A DNA stretch of 64,000 bases from Gammaproteobacteria bacterium (GTDB lineage: Bacteria; Pseudomonadota; Gammaproteobacteria; Xanthomonadales; Wenzhouxiangellaceae), in the NCBI GenBank assembly GCA_003565625.1, contig PXBD01000008.1, forward strand, positions 17,568 to 81,567, read 5' to 3'. Both the position numbers and the translations under genes were made by a program. Each line of letters opens with the position of its first letter. Position 1 is the first letter of the stretch. This document shows positions 26,602 through 37,800 of this stretch, in pieces. The notes beneath the pieces are model-generated. The model saw only the letters and a program-made list of their open reading frames with translations. It did not search any database and was not told the origin of the DNA.

Positions 26602-29600
26602 ATGTTTTCCCCGACGGTGCTGGTCGTGGTTTCCCTGGCCTACGTGGCGCTGCTGTTCGCGGTGGCCTGGTGGGGCGACCGGCTGGCCCGACGGCGCGGG
26701 CGGCTGCCGGGCCAGCCGATGATCTACAGCCTGTCGCTGGCCGTGTACTGCACGTCCTGGACGTTTTACGGTGCGGTAGGACAGGCAGCCAGCAGCGGCT
26801 GGGATTTTCTGCCGGTCTACCTTGGCCCGATTCTGATGTTTGTGGTCTTCGGTGGCTTTCTGCAGCGCATGGTGCGGGTTGCCAAAGAGCAGAAAGTCAC
26901 CTCGATTTCGGATTTTATCGCCTCCCGTTTCGGCAAGACTCGAAGCCTTGCGATCCTGGTGACTTGCGTCGCCGTGGTTGGCGTGCTGCCGTACATCGCG
27001 CTGCAGCTCAAGGGCGTTGCAATGGGCTACGAATTGCTGACTGCCGACCTGGATGCACCGCTGATTCTGGCCACCGCGCCCGGCCCGATTCGGACCGACA
27101 CCGCGCTCGGAGTGGCCCTGCTGCTGGCGCTTTTCGCCATCCTGTTCGGGACCCGTGAGCTTGACGCCACCGAGCACCACACGGGTCTGATGCTGGCCAT
27201 CGCGTTTGAGTCGGTGGTCAAACTGCTCGCTTTTCTGGCCGTGGGTATTTTTGTGACCTGGTTTCTGTTCGGCGGGCCGGGCGACATCGTGGGCCAACTG
27301 GAAGATGCGGTTCTGGCCGACGTGTTTGCGCCCGCCAATATCCAGTTGAGCATCCTGACCATCCTGCTGCTTTCCACGCTGGCCATATTCTGTCTGCCAC
27401 GCCAGTTTCATGTCACGGTTGTGGAAAGCACCAGCGAGCAGGACGTGCGTTCGGCGCGCTGGCTGTTCCCCCTCTACCTGGTCCTAATCAGCTTGTTCAT
27501 TGTCCCGATCGCCATGGCCGGCCTGCTGCGCTTCGGTGACAGCGTGGAGTCGGACGCCTTCGTGCTCATGCTGCCGCTGCTGGCCGGGCCGGAGTGGTTG
27601 ACCCTGCTGGCTTTGCTGGGTGGGTTTTCGGCCGCAACCGGCATGGTGATTGTTGCGGCGGTCGCCCTTTCGACCATGGTGTCGAACGATATTGTCATGC
27701 CGGCGCTCCTCAAGGTTCGGCCTACCACCGCCGGTCGCGGCGCTGATCTGGGCCGCATGTTGCTGATCGTGCGCCGAATCGTGATTGTAGTGCTGTTATT
27801 GCTGGCCTGGCTGTATTACCGCTGGTTTGGGTATTCAGAAAGCCTGGCCGGAATCGGCCTGTTGTCGTTTGCCGCGATCGCTCAGTTTGCGCCGTTGATC
27901 GTAGCTGCTGTGCTGACCCGCTGGGTCAACCGAACGGGAGCCCTGGCCGGTCTGGCAGCGGGTTTTGGTGCGTGGTTTTATTGCCTGCTGCTGCCGGTGA
28001 TTGCGCGCGCATCTGATATCGGGCTCGACTGGCTCGAATTGGGTCCATGGGGATGGCCGTGGCTGCGGCCGGAAGCGCTGTTTGGTCTCGAATTTGGTGA
28101 TCCGCTGACCCATGGGGTGTTCTGGTCGCTGCTGCTCAACGTGCTGGGCCTGTTGATCGGTTCACGCCTGGGTCGACCGCGCCCGATTGATCGCATCCAG
28201 GCGAATGCGTTTTTCGGCGCCGCCAGCGCACCGGGTACGGACTCCCTGCCCCGGGCCGGCATTGCCACGGTCGGTGATCTGGTCGCCCTGACCCGACGTT
28301 TTCTGGGGGAGCAGCGCTCACGCCAGGCGTTTGAGGAATACGCGCGCCGCTCCGGCGGGGAGCTGAGCGATTCACAGCCAGCTGATGCCGGGCTGGTCGG
28401 CCATACCGAGCGGGTCCTGGCAGCCGTGATCGGCGCCAGTTCCGCCCGCATCGTGCTCGGCTCCGCCCTGGCCGGCAGCGGCATGCAGATTGATCAGGTG
28501 GTGACGGTCCTCGACCAGACGTCCCAGAAGCTCAAATTTCGGCACGAGTTGCTGCAGTCGGCGCTGGAAAACCTGTCGGAGGGCATCAGCGTTGTCGATG
28601 GTGAACTGCGTCTGGTGGCGTGGAATCGCGCCTATCTTGACTTGTTCGACTACCCGGACGGACTGGTCCAGATCGGCCGGCCGATCGAGGATCTGCTGTA
28701 TTTCAACGCTCGTCGCGGCATGCTCGGGGCGGGGGATGTCGAGGACCTGGTGCAGCGGCGCCTGCACTGGATGCGGCAGGGTAGCCAGCATTTCTACCAG
28801 CGCCATACCGGCGACGGCCGGGTGATCGAGATTCGCGGCAACCCGATGCCGGGCGGCGGTTTTGTTACCAGTTTTACCGATGTGACCGAACGTCTGCAGG
28901 CGGAGGAGGCGCTGCGGGAAAGCGAGCGCACGATTCGGTTCTACACCGATAACGTGCCCGCGTTGCTGGCCTATGTGGACAGTGATCTGGCGTTCCGTTT
29001 CACCAACCGGGCGTACGAAAACCTGCTTGGTCTGGACCGCTCGGATCTTATTGGCCGGCATCTCCACGAAGTGTTTGATCAGCATGAAATGCTGCGCCGC
29101 TCGCCGTACCTGGAGGGTGCGCTGGCCGGCGAACGGCAGGAATTCGAGCTCGAAATTACCGATGCCCGCGAGCGCCGACGCTACGTGCTCGCCACCTATA
29201 TTCCCCAGTTCAACCGGCGCGGCGAAGTCTTGGGGTTCTTTTCTCTGCTGCAGGACATCACCGAGCGTCGTCAGGCCGAGCTCAGGCTCAAGGAAGCCAA
29301 GCAGGAGCTGGAGCGACGGGTGGCCAGCCGAACCCGGGAACTGACCGAGCTGAATCGGGAGCTGAGCCAGGAAATCCGGATTCGCGCCAGCGTCGAAAAC
29401 GCGCTGCGCGAGGCCAAGCGCGAGGCCGATGAGGCCAATCAGTCCAAAACCCGCTTTCTGGCCGCTGCCAGCCACGACCTGCTGCAGCCGCTCAACGCGG
29501 CGCGCCTGTTCATCTCAGCGCTCGGCCAGCAGCAGGACCTGAACCCGGAACAGCGTCATCTGATCGATCGTCTGGACGGCTCGATCGGCAGCGCCGAGGA

Positions 29601-30570
29601 ATTGCTCAGCGCACTGCTCGACATTTCGCGTCTGGATGCAGGGGCGATGCCGACTGATGTGCGGGAATTTCCGATCCGCGACGTCCTGGATCCACTGTTT
29701 GCAGAGTTCTCGGCGCTGGCGCGCGAGCGCAAACTGCGCTTCGATCTGGTCGAATCCTCTGCCCTGGTGGTGTCCGATCCGAAGCTGCTGCGCCGTGTGC
29801 TGCAGAATTTTCTGTCCAACGCTTTGCGCTATACCGAACAGGGTCGTGTGGTTCTGGGCTGCAGGCGTATGGATGGCCATCTCAGCCTGCAGGTCTGGGA
29901 TACCGGGCCGGGTATTCCGGCGAACCAGACCGAATCGATTTTCCGCGAGTTTCATCGCCTGCAGGAATCCCGGCGCAGTCGCGAAAGGGGGCTGGGTCTG
30001 GGTCTGGCGATCGTGGAGCGAATCGCCCGGATGCTCGACCATCCCATCACGGTGCGCTCCCGTCCTGGTCGGGGCACACTGTTCGCGCTGACTGTGCCGA
30101 TGGCGGTTGGTGCGGGTTCAAGCCTGCCGCTGCGTCGTACCGGCAGGCTTGGCAAGGCCCGTAACCTGGCGGGTCTGGACGTGCTGTGCATCGACAATGA
30201 GCCCGATATCCTGATCGGAATGCGGTCCTTGATCAGCCCCTGGGGTTGCCGGGTGCAAACCGCCTGCGATGAGCGCGAGGCGGTTGCATTACTGCGCGAC
30301 GGTTGCCATCCGGCAGTGCTTCTGGTCGACTACCATCTGGACGATCAGCACAACGGCGTGGACTTGATGAATCGCCTGCGGGCTCGCTTCGGGGAGGCGA
30401 TTGCGGGCATTCTGATTACCGCAGACCAGACCGAGACGGTTCGCAACGAGGCCCGAGCCAACGGTTATCGAGTGTTGCAGAAACCATTGAAACCTGCTGC
30501 CCTGCGAGCCCTGCTCAGTCGAGTTGCGAGCCTGCGCGACCGGGATCAGGCGACTCCGCCGGCAGACTGA
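26602..30570 (+). CDS. crbS: CrbS-type hybrid sensor kinase: SLC5-STAC-PAS-PAS-HisKA-HATPase-REC
   Basis: YCTSWTFYGAVG, PRQFHVTVVE, STAC, two PAS, ASHDLLQPL, NFLSNALRY, GLGLGL, C-terminal receiver (CIDNE, VDYHL); adjacent to actP and acs. Confidence 0.87.
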   Translation: MFSPTVLVVVSLAYVALLFAVAWWGDRLARRRGRLPGQPMIYSLSLAVYCTSWTFYGAVGQAASSGWDFLPVYLGPILMFVVFGGFLQRMVRVAKEQKVTSISDFIASRFGKTRSLAILVTCVAVVGVLPYIALQLKGVAMGYELLTADLDAPLILATAPGPIRTDTALGVALLLALFAILFGTRELDATEHHTGLMLAIAFESVVKLLAFLAVGIFVTWFLFGGPGDIVGQLEDAVLADVFAPANIQLSILTILLLSTLAIFCLPRQFHVTVVESTSEQDVRSARWLFPLYLVLISLFIVPIAMAGLLRFGDSVESDAFVLMLPLLAGPEWLTLLALLGGFSAATGMVIVAAVALSTMVSNDIVMPALLKVRPTTAGRGADLGRMLLIVRRIVIVVLLLLAWLYYRWFGYSESLAGIGLLSFAAIAQFAPLIVAAVLTRWVNRTGALAGLAAGFGAWFYCLLLPVIARASDIGLDWLELGPWGWPWLRPEALFGLEFGDPLTHGVFWSLLLNVLGLLIGSRLGRPRPIDRIQANAFFGAASAPGTDSLPRAGIATVGDLVALTRRFLGEQRSRQAFEEYARRSGGELSDSQPADAGLVGHTERVLAAVIGASSARIVLGSALAGSGMQIDQVVTVLDQTSQKLKFRHELLQSALENLSEGISVVDGELRLVAWNRAYLDLFDYPDGLVQIGRPIEDLLYFNARRGMLGAGDVEDLVQRRLHWMRQGSQHFYQRHTGDGRVIEIRGNPMPGGGFVTSFTDVTERLQAEEALRESERTIRFYTDNVPALLAYVDSDLAFRFTNRAYENLLGLDRSDLIGRHLHEVFDQHEMLRRSPYLEGALAGERQEFELEITDARERRRYVLATYIPQFNRRGEVLGFFSLLQDITERRQAELRLKEAKQELERRVASRTRELTELNRELSQEIRIRASVENALREAKREADEANQSKTRFLAAASHDLLQPLNAARLFISALGQQQDLNPEQRHLIDRLDGSIGSAEELLSALLDISRLDAGAMPTDVREFPIRDVLDPLFAEFSALARERKLRFDLVESSALVVSDPKLLRRVLQNFLSNALRYTEQGRVVLGCRRMDGHLSLQVWDTGPGIPANQTESIFREFHRLQESRRSRERGLGLGLAIVERIARMLDHPITVRSRPGRGTLFALTVPMAVGAGSSLPLRRTGRLGKARNLAGLDVLCIDNEPDILIGMRSLISPWGCRVQTACDEREAVALLRDGCHPAVLLVDYHLDDQHNGVDLMNRLRARFGEAIAGILITADQTETVRNEARANGYRVLQKPLKPAALRALLSRVASLRDRDQATPPAD

Positions 30571-31235
30571 AATCCGGTGGCGGTCTGATCCGGGCTGTCC
30601 ACAGCCAGCTGGTTGAGAAGCAGTACGGCCTGGGTTCGATTGCTGACCTCAAGCTTGCGGAAAATGGCCGTCATATGAGCTTTTACCGTGGCTTCTGAAA
30701 TACCGAGTTCATAGGCAATCTGCTTGTTCAGGAGACCGTCGGCCAGCATCATCAGGACGCGAAACTGCTGCGGGGTCAGTTCCCCCAGGCGCTCGGCAAC
30801 CGCCAGTTCGTCGACCGCGCTGCCTTTGCCATTGCCATCAAACCCGGCCGGCTGCCAGATATCTCCGGCCAGCACGGTTTCCAGGGCCACGCGGATCTCG
30901 TCCACGGTCGCGGACTTATGGATAAAGGCTGCCGCGCCATGGTCGAGCGCGCGCTGGATCACCATGCCGTTGTTGTTGGCCGAGACCACGCATACAGGTA
31001 GTTCCGGATGGTGGGTGCGCAGGTAGACCAGCGCTGAGAACCCCTGCACGCCGGGCATATGTAGATCGAGCAGTACCAGGTCGGCTGAATCATGGGTGTT
31101 CGTAACCTGCTGCAGCTCATCCATGTCCCCGGCCTGCACAACGAGCACATCCCCCAGAGCCTGGCCCAGGGCCAGGCTCAACGCTTCCCGGAACAGCGGG
31201 TGGTCGTCGGCAACAATGACCTTGCGAGCGGTCAT
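30546..31235 (-). CDS. crbR: NarL/LuxR-family response regulator, CrbR/ErdR-like
   Basis: ADDHPLFR, LLDLHMPG, LTPQQFRVL...GLLNKQIAYEL..SEATVKAH; directly downstream of acs. Confidence 0.85.
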   Translation of the reverse strand: MTARKVIVADDHPLFREALSLALGQALGDVLVVQAGDMDELQQVTNTHDSADLVLLDLHMPGVQGFSALVYLRTHHPELPVCVVSANNNGMVIQRALDHGAAAFIHKSATVDEIRVALETVLAGDIWQPAGFDGNGKGSAVDELAVAERLGELTPQQFRVLMMLADGLLNKQIAYELGISEATVKAHMTAIFRKLEVSNRTQAVLLLNQLAVDSPDQTATGFQSAGGVA

Positions 31236-31257
31236 CGGCTGTGGTCTCCAGGCCGGC

Positions 31258-33198
31258 TCAGCGATTCATTCGCTTGTCGATGAGGTCATCCACTACGGCG
31301 GGCTCTGCCAGGGTAGAAGTGTCGCCCAGGTTGCCGAAGTCGTTCTCCGCGATCTTGCGCAGGATACGGCGCATGATCTTGCCCGAGCGGGTTTTCGGCA
31401 AGCCGGGCGCAAACTGAATGAAGTCCGGCTTGGCGATCGGGCCGATCTCGGTTCGTACCCACTGGCTGAGCTCGCCCAGCAGCGCATCGCTGGTGTCGTA
31501 GCCTGCGGTCAGGGTGACATAGGCATAAATGCCCTGGCCTTTCACATCGTGCGGGAAGCCCACCACCGCGGCTTCGGAGACCGCATCATGTGCGACCAGG
31601 GCGGATTCGATTTCGGCAGTACCCATACGATGCCCTGATACGTTCAGGACATCGTCCATGCGTCCCGTGATCCAGTAATAGCCGTCCTCATCGCGGCGGG
31701 CGCCGTCACCGGTGAAATAGACGTTTTTGAAAGTGGCGAAATAGGTCTGGTAGAAGCGCTCGTGATCGCCGAAGATGGTTCGCATCTGTCCCGGCCATGA
31801 GCCTTTGAGAATCAGCGCGCCGTTGTTGGCGCCTTCCAGTTCGTTACCGTCGGTATCAACGAGTGCCGGCTCGACCCCGAAAAACGGCAGCGTCGCCGAG
31901 CCCGGCTTGAGATCGGTCGCGCCCGGCAAGGGGGTGATCAGGATGCCGCCGGTTTCGGTCTGCCACCATGTATCAACGATCGGGCAGCGTCCGTCGCCAA
32001 CCACGTGGTAGTACCACTCCCAGGCCTGCGGATTGATCGGTTCGCCGACGCTGCCGAGCACGCGCAGGCTCTTGCGAGAGTGTTTTTTGACCGGTTCGTC
32101 CCCGTCGCGCATCAGGGCGCGAATCGCGGTCGGTGCGGTGTAGAAACTGTTGACCTGATGTTTGTCGACGACCTGCCAGAAGCGGGAGTTGTCGGGGTAG
32201 TTGGGCACCCCCTCGAACATCAGCGTGGTAGCGGCATTGGCCAGGGGACCGTAAACGATGTAGCTGTGGCCTGTGACCCAGCCTACGTCGGCGGTACACC
32301 AATAAATATCACCCGGGCGATAGTCGAAGACCAGTTCATGGGTCATGGCGGCATACAGCAGGTATCCGCCGGTGGTGTGCAGCACACCCTTGGGCTTGCC
32401 GGTGGAGCCGGAGGTGTACAGGATGAACAGCGGGTCTTCTGCGTTCATTTCTTCCGGCGGGCAATCGCGGTCGGCTGCGGCGGTGATTTCTTCGTACCAG
32501 AGGTCGCGGCCGTCGCTCCAGTCGATTTCGCCGCCGGTGCGCTTGACGACAATGACCTTATCGACCGTGGTTACCCGGTCCTGGGCCAGAGCCTTGTCGA
32601 CGTTGGCCTTGAGGGGCACACGTTTGCCGCCGCGCACGCTCTCGTCGGCGGTGATCACGATCGAGGATTCGCAGTCCGTGATGCGGTCGGCCAGGGCGCC
32701 AGGAGAAAATCCGCCAAAGACCACCGAGTGGATGGCGCCGATGCGGGCACAGGCCAGCATGGACACGGCCGCCTCGGGGATCATGGGCAGGTACAGGGTG
32801 ACCCGATCCCCCTTTTTGACGCCTTGGTCGCGCAGGGCGTTGGCCAGGCGACAAACCTTCTCGTGCAGTTCGCGATAGCTGATCTTCAAACTGCTGTCGG
32901 GGTCGTCTCCCTCCCAGATGATGGCCGTTTGGTCGGCACGCTCCTCAAGGTGACGGTCAAGGCAGTTCTGGCTGACGTTGAGAGTGCCGTCCTCGAACCA
33001 GCGGATGTGGAGATCGTCCTCGCCAAAGGAATAGTCGCTGACTTTGGTGAACGGTTTGATCCAGTTCAGGCGCTGACGTGCCTGTTCACCCCAGAAGGTA
33101 TCCGGGTCGCGAATCGAAGCCTCGTACATATCCTGATACTGCTGGCGATTGACGATCGGCTCGAAGGCGTCCGTTACGGGGTAGGTTTTTTCGCTCAT
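31258..33198 (-). CDS. acs: Acetyl-CoA synthetase
   Basis: [37 protein letters not shown]. Confidence 0.98.
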   Translation of the reverse strand: MSEKTYPVTDAFEPIVNRQQYQDMYEASIRDPDTFWGEQARQRLNWIKPFTKVSDYSFGEDDLHIRWFEDGTLNVSQNCLDRHLEERADQTAIIWEGDDPDSSLKISYRELHEKVCRLANALRDQGVKKGDRVTLYLPMIPEAAVSMLACARIGAIHSVVFGGFSPGALADRITDCESSIVITADESVRGGKRVPLKANVDKALAQDRVTTVDKVIVVKRTGGEIDWSDGRDLWYEEITAAADRDCPPEEMNAEDPLFILYTSGSTGKPKGVLHTTGGYLLYAAMTHELVFDYRPGDIYWCTADVGWVTGHSYIVYGPLANAATTLMFEGVPNYPDNSRFWQVVDKHQVNSFYTAPTAIRALMRDGDEPVKKHSRKSLRVLGSVGEPINPQAWEWYYHVVGDGRCPIVDTWWQTETGGILITPLPGATDLKPGSATLPFFGVEPALVDTDGNELEGANNGALILKGSWPGQMRTIFGDHERFYQTYFATFKNVYFTGDGARRDEDGYYWITGRMDDVLNVSGHRMGTAEIESALVAHDAVSEAAVVGFPHDVKGQGIYAYVTLTAGYDTSDALLGELSQWVRTEIGPIAKPDFIQFAPGLPKTRSGKIMRRILRKIAENDFGNLGDTSTLAEPAVVDDLIDKRMNR

Positions 33199-33232
33199 GA
33201 TGCTCCCTTGCGAGGTCTACAGTCCAGCCCTC

Positions 33233-33325
33233 AGTGTACCAACCGCGGGGCTGGAGCACCCATTCGACGTTAGTCGGGACGTGCGACCATAGTCTGATGT
33301 GCTGAGGAAAAAGGGCTGTTATTCT
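33233..33325. promoter_or_regulatory. Divergent acs/dcaP control region with two GAC-N4-GTC boxes
   Basis: CGACGTTAGTCG at 33265-33276 and CGACCATAGTC at 33284-33294; minus-strand -10 TACACT at 33233-33238; candidate plus-strand extended -10 TGnTATTCT ending at 33325. Confidence 0.65.
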
Positions 33326-33373
33326 GTTAACGCTTTCATAATAAATTCACACCGCGAAACCTAAGGAGAGAGG

Positions 33374-34702
33374 ATGAAAATGCCAGGGCTGAAAAAACTG
33401 GTCGCAGCGCTATGCGTTGCGGGTATGACAATGCCGGTATGGGCTGATGCGGATCCGTCCGAGCGGGAACGCGCGCTTGAGCAACGGGTTGCTGACCTGG
33501 AGCGGATGGTGCAGCAGTTGCTGGCGGAGCGCGAAGACGACAGCGAGGATCCGGCGCCCCAGGTGCGGGCAGAGCTTGATGAACTGCGCACGGAGGTCGC
33601 GCGCCTGGACACCGAGAAAGCCGGTCAGGTGATTCGTCCGGGCACCAACTTCGGCTTCGGCGGTTTCGTCAAACACGACATGATGTACAGTCGTTATAGT
33701 GGCGGATCGGTTGCTCCGCAGAACATTCTGCGGGACTTCTACGTGGCCGGTGCCCTGCCCGTCGGTGGCGAGAGTTCAACCACCGATTTCGACACCCACG
33801 CCCGCGAGACCCGTTTCTTCTTCAATGTAGAGCGGCCCGAAGACGGCCTGCAGGGCTACATCGAGTTTGATTTCTCTTCCCGAACCGGCGGCGACGAGCG
33901 CTTGACCAACGCCACCAGTCCGAGCATTCGGCACATGTTCGTGCGCTGGAACAATCTGCTCGCCGGCCAGCACTGGTCGACCTTCCAGAACGTCGGCGCA
34001 CTGCCGGAAAACCTTGATTTTGTTGGCCCGGCGGAAAGCACCATCTTTGTTCGGCAGGCCCAGATCCGTTACACCAACGGTCCCTGGCAGTTCTCGCTGG
34101 AAAATCCGGAAACCACGGTAACGCCATTTGGCGGTGGTGGACGCATCGTTACCGACACGGCCAGCGTGCCCGATTTTGTGCTTCGCTACAACCACTCGGC
34201 CGAGTGGGGTTCGTTTGTGGCCGCGTTTTTGGCCCGGCAGCTGGGCATCGACGGTCCGGCCGGGACGTCTCGGGAAACTTCCCTGGCGTTCAGCCTTTCG
34301 GGCAAGTTTGATATCGGCCGCAACGACATCCGATGGATGTTTTCCGGCGGCTCGGGGATCGGTCGCTACCTGGGTCTGAACACGGCCAACGACGCAGTGC
34401 TGGACGCCAACGGCAATCTCGATGCAATTGATGCCTACGGTGCTTTCCTGTCGTATCGGCATTTCTGGTCGGATCAGTGGCGCTCCAACTTCACCCTGTC
34501 CGGGTTCCGGGCCGATAACGAAACCGACCTGACCGGCATGGGCGTGACCAAGCGGGCCGAGAGCGCGCACGTCAACCTGATTTACCAGGCCAACAGCAGG
34601 CTGCGTTTTGGCGCCGAATACATCTATGGCCGACGTGAAATTGAATCGGGCGCTTCGGGCAACATGAACCGCCTTCAGTTCTCCACGATCTACGCTTTCT
34701 GA
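33374..34702 (+). CDS. DcaP-family trimeric outer-membrane porin
   Basis: Signal peptide, periplasmic coiled coil, GGFVKHD, GYIEFDF, LAGQHWSTF, RQAQIRY, SLENPE, C-terminal Phe. Confidence 0.85.
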   Translation: MKMPGLKKLVAALCVAGMTMPVWADADPSERERALEQRVADLERMVQQLLAEREDDSEDPAPQVRAELDELRTEVARLDTEKAGQVIRPGTNFGFGGFVKHDMMYSRYSGGSVAPQNILRDFYVAGALPVGGESSTTDFDTHARETRFFFNVERPEDGLQGYIEFDFSSRTGGDERLTNATSPSIRHMFVRWNNLLAGQHWSTFQNVGALPENLDFVGPAESTIFVRQAQIRYTNGPWQFSLENPETTVTPFGGGGRIVTDTASVPDFVLRYNHSAEWGSFVAAFLARQLGIDGPAGTSRETSLAFSLSGKFDIGRNDIRWMFSGGSGIGRYLGLNTANDAVLDANGNLDAIDAYGAFLSYRHFWSDQWRSNFTLSGFRADNETDLTGMGVTKRAESAHVNLIYQANSRLRFGAEYIYGRREIESGASGNMNRLQFSTIYAF

Positions 34703-34729
34703 CCGCTTTCAGGTCCATTCTGCAAGACT

Positions 34730-34759
34730 GGTTCCGGCCGCCGCGAGGCGGCCGGAACC
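34730..34759 (+). terminator. Stem-loop downstream of dcaP
   Basis: 13-bp perfect stem GGTTCCGGCCGCC/GGCGGCCGGAACC with GCGA tetraloop; weak U-tail. Confidence 0.55.
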
Positions 34760-34832
34760 GCCTCTGCTCACGTTCAAGCAAATTTTCATTCCGTGCTATC
34801 TTCGGGCCCATGCGTAGCCGAGGCCCCGTCAC

Positions 34833-37800
34833 GTGTCCGAAAGCCGAACCAGTGTCCTGAGCAGCGCTTCTGGCTCGGCGCTTCTGGCCGACGCAGACTC
34901 GCGCTACTCGGCGCTGGCCGATAACGGCCAGGCAATCCTGTTCGAGATCGCGCGCAATGGTCGCTATACCTTCATCTCAGCCAATGTCGAGGCGATCACC
35001 GGCCACCCTGCCGAGGCATTGATCGGGCGGTCCTTTCGAGGCTTCGTCCACCCCGAGGATGTGTCTCGGGTGCTGCTGAGAGTGCGTGCTGCCGTCGTGG
35101 AGGACGCCGGCGAGTTGCCGATCCTCGAGTATCGCGCGATCCACGCCGATGGCAGCATTCACTGGCATCGTTCGGTGATGGTGCCGCTGCGCGAGGCCAA
35201 CGGACGGGTGCGGGCAGTCGCCGGCAGCGCGCTGGATATCACCGACCTGAAACAGACCGAGGCCGAACTGCGCCAGGAGTCAGCGCTGACCGGGCTGCTG
35301 GTGCGACTGGCTACCGCTTACATCAATCTGCCCAGCAGTGAATTCGAAGCCGCTATCCAGAGTTCGCTGCGGGACCTGGGAGAGTTTGTCGGGGCGGATC
35401 GCAGCCACGTCTTCGAGTATGACTTCCAAAGCCGCACGGCGCGCAATACCCACGAATGGTGTGCCGACGGTATCCAGGCCCAGATCAAGGATCTGCAGGC
35501 GGTTGGTCTGGAGGAACTGAAGGAAATTACCCATCCGCATCGACGCGGACAGCCATTTTGCATTGCCGAAGTGGCGAGCCATCCCGGCGCGGCCCTGCGC
35601 GAGGTTCTGCTGGCCCAGGACATCCGCTCGCTGGTGACCGTGCCGCTGATGATGGATGGGGAGTGCTCCGGTTTCGTTGGATTTGACTACGTGCGCAGCA
35701 CCCACCCTTCATCGAAAAGCGAAATTCGTCTGCTCAGCGTTTTTGCGCAGATGCTGGGCAACATGCGGCTTCGCCAGCAGGTTGAACGACAGTTGGCGAG
35801 CGAGCAGCAGCGGCTGCGCGACATCATTGCCGGAACCGGTGCCGGTACCTGGGAGTGGGACCTGGAAAGCGACCGGCTGCAGTTCAACCGGCGTTGGGCA
35901 GAGATGCTCGGCCTGGACTCGGCCGAAGCGCTTCCGCAGAGTTCGGCCGAGTGGTTCGGTTCGGTGCATCCCGAGGATGCGCAAACCGCGCTTGCCCAGT
36001 TGGCTGAACATCTCAAGGGAGAGCGTCCCCAGCTGGAAAGCGAGATTCGGGTTCGCCATGCCGATGGTCGCTGGCTCTGGATCCTGATTCGCGGCCGCGT
36101 CGCCCAGCGAGCCTCGGACGGTCGGGCCCACCTGCTCTCGGGGATCATGATCGATATCCACCAGCGCAAGCAGTCCGAGGCCAGGCTGCGGACCGCGGCC
36201 AGCGTGTTTACCCATTCCGGTGAGGGAATTCTGGTAACCGATGCCGAGGCCAGGATCGTGCAGGTCAACGATGCATTTACCCGGATCACAGGCTATGCGC
36301 GCGAAGAGGTGCTGGGCTCGAACCCGAGCGTGCTGTCCTCGGGTCGTCAGGATGCGTCCTTCTACCGGGCGATGTGGCACGAGATCGCCGAGACCGGGTC
36401 ATGGACCGGAGAAATCTGGAATCGACGTCGCAACGGCAGCGAGTATGCCCAGCGTCTGACGATCTCCACCGTGCGTGACGGGCAGGGACAGCCGATTCAG
36501 TACGTTGGCCTGTTTGCTGATGTGACGGCGCAGAAAAACTACGAGCGCGAGCTGGAGCGCATGGCCCATTTCGACTCGCTGACCGGACTGCCGAACCGGA
36601 TTCTGCTCGGCGATCGCTTGAGCCAGGCCATGTCCCTTGCGCGTCGCAACGGCGAGCGCATCACCGTGGCCTACATCGATCTGGACGATTTCAAGATCGT
36701 CAACGATCACCATGGTCACCAGGCTGGCGATCAGGTGCTGCGCCAGGTGGCGCGCCGTTTCGCCGGGGCGCTGCGCGAAACCGACACCGTGGCCAGGCCC
36801 GGCGGGGACGAGTTCGTGGCGATTCTGACCGGGTTGAGCTCGGATCTCCAGGTTCGACGGCTGCTGCAGCGTCTTCTCGATGAGGTCAACCGCCCGATCC
36901 GGCTCGAGCAGGGCACGATTGAGGTCGGCCTGAGCATCGGCGTGACCTTCTATCCGCAGGCCGGGCAACCCGAAGCCGATCAGCTGCTTCGCCAGGCTGA
37001 CCAGGCCATGCTCGAAGCAAAGCGCAAGGGTCGCAACGAAGTCTGCTACTACGATGCCGAACTCGAACAGGCCGCCCGTCGCCGCTTTGAACAGCAGCTA
37101 CGCCTGCGCCAGGCGCTGGAGGGCGACGAGTTCACCCTGTTCTATCAGCCGCAAGTGGCTCTGGAAAGCGGCGCCGTGACCGGCGTCGAAGCCCTGATTC
37201 GCTGGCAGCATCCGCACCAGGGCCTGTTGCCGCCCGGCGCTTTCCTGCCCCTGATCCAGGACCCGGGCCTGGCCGCCGACCTGGGGCAATGGGTGCTGCA
37301 GCGGGCCTTGCGCGACCTTGCGCACTGGCACCGGGAAGGGTTGTCATTCGAGGTCGCGGTCAATGTGTCGGCGGCCGAACTGCTCGGCGGCGACTTTCCC
37401 GACCGCCTGCGCGCCCATTTGGAGGCCTGCCCCGATGTGCCGCCCGAACGATTGCTCCTGGAGGTCGTCGAAACCAGCATGCTCGAGGATGTGGCGCGCA
37501 CCAACGAAGTCACCCGTGCCTGTCACCACCATGGGGTGAATTTCGCCCTCGATGATTTTGGAACCGGGTTTTCGTCCCTGAGTCACCTCAAGCACCTGCC
37601 GCTCAAACAGCTCAAGATTGACCGCAGTTTTGTCTCCGACATGATGGCCGACCCCGATGATCTAGCGATTGTCGAGGCGGTCATCAACCTGGGCCGGGCG
37701 TTTGGTCTGGAGGTTCTTGCCGAGGGCGTGGAAGACCAGGAACATGTCACGGCGCTGCGCCAGCTTGGCTGCGGCCTGGCCCAGGGATACCTGATAGCCC

